From positions 1-64,000 of the forward strand of contig NIVC01000258.1 of NCBI GenBank assembly GCA_002269645.1: a stretch of 64,000 bases of DNA, written 5' to 3'. The notes below the pieces were generated by a model. That model did no database searches. It was not told the DNA's origin and saw only the letters and a program-made list of their open reading frames with translations. A program made the position numbers and the translations under genes. This DNA is from Macrostomum lignano (taxonomy: Eukaryota). Of this stretch, positions 1 through 11,100 are shown piece after piece (the stretch's first letter is position 1; each line of letters opens with the position of its first letter).

Positions 1-9
1 AAGTTATTG

Positions 10-1477
10 TGTCCACTGCCGCTCTCACTAGTGTCCACTGCCGCTCTCACTAATGTCCACACCGCTCTCCCCCTAGTGTCCACAGCCGCTCTCCCTAGTG
101 TCCACTGCCTCTCTCTCTAGTGTCCACTGCCTCTCTCCCCCTAGTGTCCACTGCCTCTCTCCCCAGTGTCCACTGCCGCTCTCACTAGTGTCCACTGCCT
201 CTCTCCCCTAGTGTCCACTGCCCTCTCCCTAGTGTCCACAGCCGCTCTCCCCTAGTATCCACAGCCGCTTTCCCCCTAGTGTCCACTGCCGCTCTCCCTA
301 GTGTCCACAGCCGCTCTCCCCTAGTATCCACAGCCGCTTTCCCCTAGTGTCCACTGCCTCTCTCCCCTAGTGTCCACAGCCGCTCTCCTAGTGTCACTGC
401 CTCTCCCCCTAGTGTCCACTGCCTCTCTCCCCCTAGTGTCCAAAGCCGCTCTCACTAATGTCCACAACCGCTCTCTCCCTAGTGTCCACTGCTGCTCTCA
501 CTAATGTCCACACCCGCTCTCTCCCTAGTGTCCACTGCCGCTCTCCCCCTAGTGTCCACAGCCGCTCTCCCTAGTGTCCACAGCCGCTCTCCCCCTAGTG
601 TCCACAGCCGCTCTCTCCCTAGTGTCCACAGCCACTCTCCCCTAGTGTCCACAGCCGCTCTCCCCCTAGTGTCCACAGCCGCTGTCACTAGTGTCCACTG
701 CCGCTCTCCCCTAGTGTCCACAGCCGCTCTCACTAATGTCCACACCCGCTCTCCCCCTAGTGTCCACAGCCGCTCTCCCTCTAGTGTCCACTGCCTCTCT
801 CCCCCTAGTGTCCACAGCCGCTGTCACTAGTGTCCACTGCCGCTCTCCCCTAGTATCCACAGCCGCTCTCCCCTAGTGTCACAGCCGCTCTCCCCCTAGT
901 GTCCACAGCCGCTGTCACTAGTGTCCACAGCCGCTCTCCCCCTAGTGTCCACAGCCGCTGTCACTAGTATCCACAGCCGCTCTCCCCCAAGTGTCCACAG
1001 CCGCTCTCCCCTAGTGTCCACAGCCGCTCTCCCCCTAGTGTCCACAGCCGCTGTCACTAGTGTCCACTGCCGCTCTCCCCTAGTATCCACAGCCGCTCTC
1101 CCTAGTGTCCACAGCCGCTCTCCCCCTAGTGTCCACAGCCGCTCTCCCCCTAGTGTCCACAGCCGCTGTCACTAGTGTCCACTGCCGCTCTCCCCTAGTG
1201 TCCACAGCCGCTCTCACTAATGTCCACACCCGCTCTCCCCTAGTGTCCACAGCCGCTCTCCCTCTAGTGTCCACTGCCGCTCTCCCCTAGTGTCCACAGC
1301 CGCTGTCACTAGTGTCCACAGCCGCTGTCACTAGTGTCCACAGCCGCTCTCCCCTAGTGTCCACAGCCGCTCTCCCTCTAGTGTCCACTGCCGCTCTCCC
1401 CAAGTGTCCACAGCCGCTCTCCCCTAGTGTCCACAGCCGCTGTCACTAGTGTCCACTGCCGCTCTCCCTAGTGTCCA
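10..1477. repeat. C-rich minisatellite, variable 21-25 bp unit, consensus ctagtgtccac(a/t)gccgctctc(c)n; roughly 65 copies
   Basis: Direct tandem repetition from tgtccactgcc at ~10 to gtgtcca at 1477. Variants include ctaatgtccacacccgc, ctagtatccac, gctgtcactag and cctctctc, with a C-tract of variable length. Confidence 0.97.
641..1319. repeat. Near-identical ~195 bp block present twice inside the minisatellite (641-837 and 1125-1319)
   Basis: The same ordered series of unit variants (gctgtcactag, ccactgccgc, ctcactaatgtccacaccc, ccctctag, gctgtcactag) occurs in both blocks; they differ in C-tract lengths and one substitution. Confidence 0.8.
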
Positions 1478-2110
1478 ACACTCGAAGCGGAACCCCCGAC
1501 CAGCCCCACAGCGGGCCAGCCGAAATAACAAAGGCGCGGCAATTCAAATCGGCACGCAGACTGGTAACTATTATCCTGAAGCAGCTGCGGTTAAAGAAAA
1601 TCCCATAAAGTGCAACCGCATGGCAACGCCCTCCCCCTGCAGCCTGTCGCTGCCAATTATAAGCCAGGAAAATACCAGAGAAATTCTTTTCTCCCTCACC
1701 GAAGTTCAAGGGATAAAAATCTCTGGCAGTCACGGGCAGAGGACAGAGTCTCCGGGATCCCGCGGCCTTGTCCTAACCCTGGAATGCCCCCTCCCCACCC
1801 TCCCCAGAAAACTGTTTTTAGTTTCCAACGAGGGCGGTCTCTCTGCCCAATGTCGGGATGATGCAACTGAACAGCTGCCACCCGCTTTGCGCTGTACCTG
1901 AATACCAGGTGGGGTAGGGATGCTGCGGAGTGATGGAGGACCCTGTCAACACTCCCATCGGGCGGGGGTACGGCCCCTGCAGGCGAGCTCCATTAGCACT
2001 GCTGAGCCGCAGTCAGTCTCGCGGGTAGCCGTTTAAACAAACCTCCCGCCTTTCTCCTCCCCATGCACTCTCTCCCTCTCTGTCAGAGGGGAGCTGCCGA
2101 CTTAACGCGC
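1478..2110. promoter_or_regulatory. CpG-island-like unique segment with promoter-type motifs (function unproven)
   Basis: About 36 CpG in ~630 bp by hand count. GC boxes GGGCGG at 1832-1837 and 1960-1965; CCAAT at 1653-1657 and 1847-1851; TATAA at 1658-1662. No associated exon or gene is identifiable. Confidence 0.35.
1787..1805 (-). other. Canonical G-quadruplex-forming motif (GGGG A GGG T GGGG A GGGGG on the minus strand)
   Basis: Plus strand reads ccccc t cccc a ccc t cccc: four tracts of 3 or more C separated by 1-nt loops. Confidence 0.75.
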
Positions 2111-5100
2111 TAACAGCCAAGAAGACCATTTATTTTTCCCCAAAAACCCATTAGTTACTTCACCCCCATCCCGTTGATAATGCTGGGCCTACAGAACTTA
2201 GAAATTGCAGATTGGAGCAATCAATGTAAGATGTTTATGAAAATTGAGGACGCGTTTCTTGAATTGCCACAAGTCAGCTGGGGTGATCAGCTGACAATTA
2301 TTCTGCAGCAGCATTAGATTAAGTGTTTGAGTTTTGAGCCATAAACACCATGTGTCTCTCTCATGTCTCTCTCACTGTGTCTCTGTCTCTCGCTGTGTCT
2401 CTCTCTGTGTCTCTGTCTCTAGCTGTGTCTCCTGTGTCTCCTGTCTCTAGCTGTGTCTCTGTCTCTCTCGCTGTGTCTCCTGTCTCTTAGCTGTGTCTGT
2501 CTCTCTAGCTGTGTCTCCTGTCTCTCCAGCTGTGTTTCATGTCTCTCTCACTGTGTCTCCTGTCTCTTTAGCTGTGTCTTCTGTCTCTCTAGCTGTGTCT
2601 CCTGTCTCTCCAGCTGTGTTTCATGTCTCTCTCACTGTGTCTCCTGTCTCTTTAGCTGTGTCTTCTGTCTCTCTAGCTGTGTCTCCTGTCTCTCCAGCTG
2701 TGTTTCATGTCTCTCTCACTGTGTCTCCTGTCTCTTTAGCTGTGTCTTCTGTCTCTCTAGCTGTGTCTCCTGTCTCTCCAGCTGTGTTTCATGTCTCTCT
2801 CACTGTGTCTCCTGTCTCTTTAGCTGTGTCTTCTGTCTCTCTAGCTGTGTCTCCTGTCTCTCCAGCTGTGTTTCATGTCTCTCTCACTGTGTCTCCTGTC
2901 TCTTTAGCTGTGTCTTCTGTCTCTCTAGCTGTGTCTCCTGTCTCTCCAGCTGTGTGTCTCTCACTGTGTCTGTCTCTCACTGTGTCTCCTGTCTCTTTAG
3001 CTGTGTCTTCTGTCTCTCTAGCTGTGTCTCCTGTCTCTCCAGCTGTGTTTCATGTCTCTCTCACTGTGTCTCCTGTCTCTTTAGCTGTGTCTTCTGTCTC
3101 TCTAGCTGTGTCTCCTGTCTCTCCAGCTGTGTTTCATGTCTCTCTCACTGTGTCTCCTGTCTCTTTAGCTGTGTCTTCTGTCTCTCTAGCTGTGTCTCCT
3201 GTCTCTCCAGCTGTGTTTCATGTCTCTCTCACTGTGTCTCCTGTCTCTTTAGCTGTGTCTTCTGTCTCTCTAGCTGTGTCTCCTGTCTCTCCAGCTGTGT
3301 TTCATGTCTCTCTCACTGTGTCTCCTGTCTCTTTAGCTGTGTCTTCTGTCTCTCTAGCTGTGTCTCCTGTCTCTCCAGCTGTGTTTCATGTCTCTCTCAC
3401 TGTGTCTCCTGTCTCTTTAGCTGTGTCTTCTGTCTCTCTAGCTGTGTCTCCTGTCTCTCCAGCTGTGTTTCATGTCTCTCTCACTGTGTCTCCTGTCTCT
3501 TTAGCTGTGTCTTCTGTCTCTCTAGCTGTGTCTCCTGTCTCTCCAGCTGTGTGTCTCTCACTGTGTCTCTGTCTCACTGTGTCTCCTGTCTCTTTAGCTG
3601 TGTCTTCTGTCTCTCTAGCTGTGTCTCCTGTCTCTCCAGCTGTGTTTCATGTCTCTCTCACTGTGTCTCCTGTCTCTTTAGCTGTGTCTTCTGTCTCTCT
3701 AGCTGTGTCTCCTGTCTCTCCAGCTGTGTTTCATGTCTCTCTCACTGTGTCTCCTGTCTCTTTAGCTGTGTCTTCTGTCTCTCTAGCTGTGTCTCCTGTC
3801 TCTCCAGCTGTGTTTCATGTCTCTCTCACTGTGTCTCCTGTCTCTTTAGCTGTGTCTTCTGTCTCTCTAGCTGTGTCTCCTGTCTCTCCAGCTGTGTTTC
3901 ATGTCTCTCTCACTGTGTCTCCTGTCTCTTTAGCTGTGTCTTCTGTCTCTCTAGCTGTGTCTCCTGTCTCTCCAGCTGTGTTTCATGTCTCTCTCACTGT
4001 GTCTCCTGTCTCTTTAGCTGTGTCTTCTGTCTCTCTAGCTGTGTCTCCTGTCTCTCCAGCTGTGTTTCATGTCTCTCTCACTGTGTCTCCTGTCTCTTTA
4101 GCTGTGTCTTCTGTCTCTCTAGCTGTGTCTCCTGTCTCTCCAGCTGTGTTTCATGTCTCTCTCACTGTGTCTCCTGTCTCTTTAGCTGTGTCTCCTGTCT
4201 CTTTAGCTGTGTCTTCTGTCTCTCTAGCTGTGTCTCCTGTCTCTCCAGCTGTGTTTCATGTCTCTCTCACTGTGTCTCCTGTCTCTTTAGCTGTGTCTTC
4301 TGTCTCTCTAGCTGTGTCTCCTGTCTCTCCAGCTGTGTTTCATGTCTCTCTCACTGTGTCTCCTGTCTCTTTAGCTGTGTCTTCTGTCTCTCTAGCTGTG
4401 TCTCCTGTCTCTCCAGCTGTGTTTCATGTCTCTCTCACTGTGTCTCCTGTCTCTTTAGCTGTGTCTTCTGTCTCTCTAGCTGTGTCTCCTGTCTCTCCAG
4501 CTGTGTTTCATGTCTCTCTCACTGTGTCTCCTGTCTCTTTAGCTGTGTCTTCTGTCTCTCTAGCTGTGTCTCCTGTCTCTCCAGCTGTGTTTCATGTCTC
4601 TCTCACTGTGTCTCCTGTCTCTTTAGCTGTGTCTTCTGTCTCTCTAGCTGTGTCTCCTGTCTCTCCAGCTGTGTTTCATGTCTCTCTCACTGTGTCTCCT
4701 GTCTCTTTAGCTGTGTCTTCTGTCTCTCTAGCTGTGTCTCCTGTCTCTCCAGCTGTGTTTCATGTCTCTCTCACTGTGTCTCCTGTCTCTTTAGCTGTGT
4801 CTTCTGTCTCTCTAGCTGTGTCTCCTGTCTCTCCAGCTGTGTTTCATGTCTCTCTCACTGTGTCTCCTGTCTTTAGCTGTGTCTCTGTCTCTTAGCTGTG
4901 TCTTCTGTCTCTCTAGCTGTGTCTCCTGTCTCTCCAGCTGTGTTTCATGTCTCTCTCACTGTGTCTCCTGTCTCTTTAGCTGTGTCTTCTGTCTCTCTAG
5001 CTGTGTCTCCTGTCTCTCCAGCTGTGTTTCATGTCTCTCTCACTGTGTCTCCTGTCTCTTTAGCTGTGTCTTCTGTCTCTCTAGCTGTGTCTCCTGTCTC

Positions 5101-8100
5101 TCCAGCTGTGTTTCATGTCTCTCTCACTGTGTCTCCTGTCTCTTTAGCTGTGTCTTCTGTCTCTCTAGCTGTGTCTCCTGTCTCTCCAGCTGTGTTTCAT
5201 GTCTCTCTCACTGTGTCTCCTGTCTCTTTAGCTGTGTCTTCTGTCTCTCTAGCTGTGTGTCTCTCTGTGTGTCTCTCTCACTGTGTCTCCTGTCTCTTTA
5301 GCTGTGTCTTCTGTCTCTCTAGCTGTGTCTCCTGTCTCTAGCTGTGTTCTGTCTCTCTCACTGTGTCTCCTGTCTCTTTAGCTGTGTCTTCTGTCTCTCT
5401 AGCTGTGTCTCCTGTCTCTAGCTGTGTCTTCTGTCTCTCTAGCTGTGTCTCCTGTCTCTAGCTGTGTTTCTGTCTCTCTACTGTGTCTCCTGTCTCTAGC
5501 TGTGTCTTCTGTCTCTCTAGCTGTGTCTCCTGTCTCTAGCTGTGTTTCTGTCTCTCTACTGTGTCTCCTGTCTCTAGCTGTGTCTTCTGTCTCTCTCACT
5601 GTGTCTCCTGTCTCTAGCTGTGTCTTCTGTCTCTCTAGCTGTGTCTCCTGTCTCTAGCTGTGTCTTCTGTCTCTCTACTGTGTCTCCTGTCTCTCCAGCT
5701 GTGTTTCTGTCTCTCTCACTGTGTCTCCTGTCTCTTTAGCTGTGTCTTCTGTCTCTCTACTGTGTCTCCTGTCTCTCCAGCTGTGTTTCATGTCTCTCTC
5801 ACTGTGTCTCCTGTCTCTTTAGCTGTGTCTTCTGTCTCTCTAGCTGTGTCTCCTGTCTCTAGCTGTGTCTTCTGTCTCTCTCAGCTGTGTCTCCTGTCTC
5901 TAGCTGTGTCTTCTGTCTCTCTCAGCTGTGTCTCCTGTCTCTAGCTGTGTTTCATGTCTCTCTCACTGTGTCTCCTGTCTCTTTAGCTGTGTCTTCTGTC
6001 TCTCTAGCTGTGTCTCCTGTCTCTCCAGCTGTGTTTCATGTCTCTCTCACTGTGTCTCCTGTCTCTTTAGCTGTGTCTTCTGTCTCTCTAGCTGTGTCTC
6101 CTGTCTCTCCAGCTGTGTTTCTGTCTCTCTCACTGTGTCTCCTGTCTCTTTAGCTGTGTCTTCTGTCTCTCTAGCTGTGTCTCCTGTCTCTCCAGCTGTG
6201 TGTCTCTCAGCTGTGTCTCTGTCTCTCTAGCTGTGTCTCCTGTCTCTAGCTGTGTCTTCTGTCTCTCTAGCTGTGTCTCCTGTCTCTCCAGCTGTGTCTT
6301 CTGTCTCTCTAGCTGTGTCTCCTGTCTCTCCAGCTGTGTTTCATGTCTCTCTCACTGTGTCTCCTGTCTCTTTAGCTGTGTCTTCTGTCTCTCTAGCTGT
6401 GTCTCCTGTCTCTCCAGCTGTGTTTCATGTCTCTCTCACTGTGTCTCCTGTCTCTTTAGCTGTGTCTTCTGTCTCTCTAGCTGTGTCTCCTGTCTCTCCA
6501 GCTGTGTTTCATGTCTCTCTCACTGTGTCTCCTGTCTCTTTAGCTGTGTCTTCTGTCTCTCTAGCTGTGTCTCCTGTCTCTCCAGCTGTGTTTCATGTCT
6601 CTCTCACTGTGTCTCCTGTCTCTTTAGCTGTGTCTTCTGTCTCTCTAGCTGTGTCTCCTGTCTCTCCAGCTGTGTTTCATGTCTCTCTCACTGTGTCTCC
6701 TGTCTCTTTAGCTGTGTCTTCTGTCTCTCTAGCTGTGTCTCCTGTCTCTCCAGCTGTGTTTCATGTCTCTCTCACTGTGTCTCCTGTCTCTTTAGCTGTG
6801 TCTTCTGTCTCTCTAGCTGTGTCTCCTGTCTCTCCAGCTGTGTTTCATGTCTCTCTCACTGTGTCTCCTGTCTCTTTAGCTGTGTCTTCTGTCTCTCTAG
6901 CTGTGTCTCCTGTCTCTCCAGCTGTGTTTCATGTCTCTCTCACTGTGTCTCCTGTCTCTTTAGCTGTGTCTTCTGTCTCTCTAGCTGTGTCTCCTGTCTC
7001 TCCAGCTGTGTTTCATGTCTCTCTCACTGTGTCTCCTGTCTCTTTAGCTGTGTCTTCTGTCTCTCTAGCTGTGTCTCCTGTCTCTCCAGCTGTGTTTCAT
7101 GTCTCTCTCACTGTGTCTCCTGTCTCTTTAGCTGTGTCTTCTGTCTCTCTAGCTGTGTCTCCTGTCTCTTAGCTGTGTCTTCTGTCTCTCTAGCTGTGTC
7201 TCCTGTCTCTCTAGCTGTGTCTTCTGTCTCTCTCACTGTGTCTCCTGTCTCTTTAGCTGTGTCTTCTGTCTCTCTAGCTGTGTCTCCTGTCTCTAGCTGT
7301 GTTTCTGTCTCTCTACTGTGTCTCCTGTCTCTTTAGCTGTGTCTTCTGTCTCTCTAGCTGTGTCTCCTGTCTCTCAGCTGTGTTTCTGTCTCTCTCACTG
7401 TGTCTCCTGTCTCTTTAGCTGTGTCTTCTGTCTCTCTAGCTGTGTCTCCTGTCTCTCCAGCTGTGTTTCATGTCTCTCTCACTGTGTCTCCTGTCTCTTT
7501 AGCTGTGTCTTCTGTCTCTCTAGCTGTGTCTCCTGTCTCTCCAGCTGTGTTTCATGTCTCTCTCACTGTGTCTCCTGTCTCTTTAGCTGTGTCTTCTGTC
7601 TCTCTAGCTGTGTCTCCTGTCTCTCCAGCTGTGTTTCATGTCTCTCTCACTGTGTCTCCTGTCTCTTTAGCTGTGTCTTCTGTCTCTCTAGCTGTGTCTC
7701 CTGTCTCTCCAGCTGTGTTTCATGTCTCTCTCACTGTGTCTCCTGTCTCTTTAGCTGTGTCTTCTGTCTCTCTAGCTGTGTCTCCTGTCTCTCCAGCTGT
7801 GTTTCATGTCTCTCTCACTGTGTCTCCTGTCTCTTTAGCTGTGTCTTCTGTCTCTCTAGCTGTGTCTCCTGTCTCTCCAGCTGTGTTTCATGTCTCTCTC
7901 ACTGTGTCTCCTGTCTCTTTAGCTGTGTCTTCTGTCTCTCTAGCTGTGTCTCCTGTCTCTCCAGCTGTGTTTCATGTCTCTCTCACTGTGTCTCCTGTCT
8001 CTTTAGCTGTGTCTTCTGTCTCTCTAGCTGTGTCTCCTGTCTCTCCAGCTGTGTTTCATGTCTCTCTCACTGTGTCTCCTGTCTCTTTAGCTGTGTCTTC

Positions 8101-11100
8101 TGTCTCTCTAGCTGTGTCTCTGTCTCTCCAGCTGTGTCTCCTGTCTCTCTCAGCTGTGTCTTCTGTCTCTCTAGCTGTGTCTCCTGTCTCTCCAGCTGTG
8201 TTTCATGTCTCTCTCACTGTGTCTCCTGTCTCTTTAGCTGTGTCTTCTGTCTCTCTAGCTGTGTCTCCTGTCTCTCCAGCTGTGTTTCATGTCTCTCTCA
8301 CTGTGTCTCCTGTCTCTTTAGCTGTGTCTTCTGTCTCTCTAGCTGTGTCTCCTGTCTCTCCAGCTGTGTTTCATGTCTCTCTCACTGTGTCTCCTGTCTC
8401 TTTAGCTGTGTCTTCTGTCTCTCTAGCTGTGTCTCCTGTCTCTCCAGCTGTGTCTCCTGTCTCTCTAGCTGTGTCTCCTGTCTCTCCAGCTGTGTTTCAT
8501 GTCTCTCTCACTGTGTCTCCTGTCTCTTTAGCTGTGTCTTCTGTCTCTCTAGCTGTGTCTCCTGTCTCTCCAGCTGTGTTTCATGTCTCTCTCACTGTGT
8601 CTCCTGTCTCTTTAGCTGTGTCTTCTGTCTCTCTAGCTGTGTCTCCTGTCTCTCCAGCTGTGTTTCATGTCTCTCTCACTGTGTCTCCTGTCTCTTTAGC
8701 TGTGTCTTCTGTCTCTCTAGCTGTGTCTCCTGTCTCTTAGCTGTGTCTCCTGTCTCTCTAGCTGTGTCTCCTGTCTCTCCAGCTGTGTTTCTGTCTCTCT
8801 CACTGTGTCTCCTGTCTCTTTAGCTGTGTCTTCTGTCTCTCTAGCTGTGTCTCCTGTCTCTAGCTGTGTTTCTGTCTCTCTCACTGTGTCTCCTGTCTCT
8901 TTAGCTGTGTCTTCTGTCTCTCTAGCTGTGTCTCCTGTCTCTCCAGCTGTGTTTCATGTCTCTCTCACTGTGTCTCCTGTCTCTTTAGCTGTGTCTTCTG
9001 TCTCTCTAGCTGTGTCTCCTGTCTCTCCAGCTGTGTTTCATGTCTCTCTCACTGTGTCTCCTGTCTCTTTAGCTGTGTCTTCTGTCTCTCTAGCTGTGTC
9101 TCCTGTCTCTCCAGCTGTGTTTCATGTCTCTCTCACTGTGTCTCCTGTCTCTTTAGCTGTGTCTTCTGTCTCTCTAGCTGTGTCTCCTGTCTCTCCAGCT
9201 GTGTTTCATGTCTCTCTCACTGTGTCTCCTGTCTCTTTAGCTGTGTCTTCTGTCTCTCTAGCTGTGTCTCCTGTCTCTCCAGCTGTGTTTCATGTCTCTC
9301 TCACTGTGTCTCCTGTCTCTTTAGCTGTGTCTTCTGTCTCTCTAGCTGTGTCTCCTGTCTCTCCAGCTGTGTTTCATGTCTCTCTCACTGTGTCTCCTGT
9401 CTCTTTAGCTGTGTCTTCTGTCTCTCTAGCTGTGTCTCCTGTCTCTCCAGCTGTGTTTCATGTCTCTCTCACTGTGTCTCCTGTCTCTTTAGCTGTGTCT
9501 TCTGTCTCTCTAGCTGTGTCTCCTGTCTCTCCAGCTGTGTTTCATGTCTCTCTCACTGTGTCTCCTGTCTCTTTAGCTGTGTCTTCTGTCTCTCTAGCTG
9601 TGTCTCCTGTCTCTCCAGCTGTGTTTCATGTCTCTCTCACTGTGTCTCCTGTCTCTTTAGCTGTGTCTTCTGTCTCTCTAGCTGTGTCTCTGTCTCTCTA
9701 GCTGTGTCTGTCTCTCAGCTGTGTTTCATGTCTCTCTCACTGTGTCTCCTGTCTCTTTAGCTGTGTCTTCTGTCTCTCTAGCTGTGTCTCCTGTCTCTCC
9801 AGCTGTGTTTCATGTCTCTCTCACTGTGTCTCCTGTCTCTTTAGCTGTGTCTTCTGTCTCTCTAGCTGTGTCTCCTGTCTCTCCAGCTGTGTTTCATGTC
9901 TCTCTCACTGTGTCTCCTGTCTCTTTAGCTGTGTCTTCTGTCTCTCTAGCTGTGTCTCCTGTCTCTCCAGCTGTGTTTCATGTCTCTCTCACTGTGTCTC
10001 CTGTCTCTTTAGCTGTGTCTTCTGTCTCTCTAGCTGTGTCTCCTGTCTCTCCAGCTGTGTTTCATGTCTCTCTCACTGTGTCTCCTGTCTCTTTAGCTGT
10101 GTCTTCTGTCTCTCTAGCTGTGTCTCCTGTCTCTCCAGCTGTGTTTCATGTCTCTCTCACTGTGTCTCCTGTCTCTTTAGCTGTGTCTTCTGTCTCTCTA
10201 GCTGTGTCTCCTGTCTCTCCAGCTGTGTTTCATGTCTCTCTCACTGTGTCTCCTGTCTCTTTAGCTGTGTCTTCTGTCTCTCTAGCTGTGTCTCCTGTCT
10301 CTCCAGCTGTGTTTCATGTCTCTCTCACTGTGTCTCCTGTCTCTTTAGCTGTGTCTTCTGTCTCTCTAGCTGTGTCTCCTGTCTCTCCAGCTGTGTTTCA
10401 TGTCTCTCTCACTGTGTCTCCTGTCTCTTTAGCTGTGTCTCCTGTCTCTTTAGCTGTGTCTTCTGTCTCTCTAGCTGTGTCTCCTGTCTCTCCAGCTGTG
10501 TTTCATGTCTCTCTCACTGTGTCTCCTGTCTCTTTAGCTGTGTCTTCTGTCTCTCTAGCTGTGTCTCCTGTCTCTCCAGCTGTGTTTCATGTCTCTCTCA
10601 CTGTGTCTCCTGTCTCTTTAGCTGTGTCTTCTGTCTCTCTAGCTGTGTCTCCTGTCTCTCCAGCTGTGTTTCATGTCTCTCTCACTGTGTCTCCTGTCTC
10701 TTTAGCTGTGTCTTCTGTCTCTCTAGCTGTGTCTCCTGTCTCTCCAGCTGTGTTTCATGTCTCTCTCACTGTGTCTCCTGTCTCTTTAGCTGTGTCTTCT
10801 GTCTCTCTAGCTGTGTCTCCTGTCTCTAGCTGTGTCTTCTGTCTCTCTAGCTGTGTCTCCTGTCTCTAGCTGTGTTTCTGTCTCTCTCACTGTGTCTCCT
10901 GTCTCTTTAGCTGTGTCTTCTGTCTCTCTAGCTGTGTCTCCTGTCTCTCCAGCTGTGTTTCTGTCTCTCTCACTGTGTCTCCTGTCTCTTTAGCTGTGTC
11001 TTCTGTCTCTCTAGCTGTGTCTCCTGTCTCTCCAGCTGTGTTTCTGTCTCTCTCACTGTGTCTCCTGTCTCTTTAGCTGTGTTTCTGTCTCTCTACTGTG

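Noticed and set aside
479-1290. Short ORFs on both strands of the minisatellite (MSTAALP..., MDTRG...)
   Set aside because: They are translations of the tandem unit with frame-shifting C-tract variation and no domain signal.
10-1780. Telomere-like repeats (CCCTAG in minisatellite units; cctaaccct at 1772-1780)
   Set aside because: Only isolated hexamers, with no tandem (CCCTAA)n. Insufficient to call an interstitial telomere or subtelomere.
1446-1901. Four overlapping ORFs of 61-150 aa in the unique segment
   Set aside because: They overlap in different frames and strands, one starts inside the minisatellite, and I recognise no protein family. Expected by chance in GC-rich DNA; a small exon cannot be excluded without RNA data.
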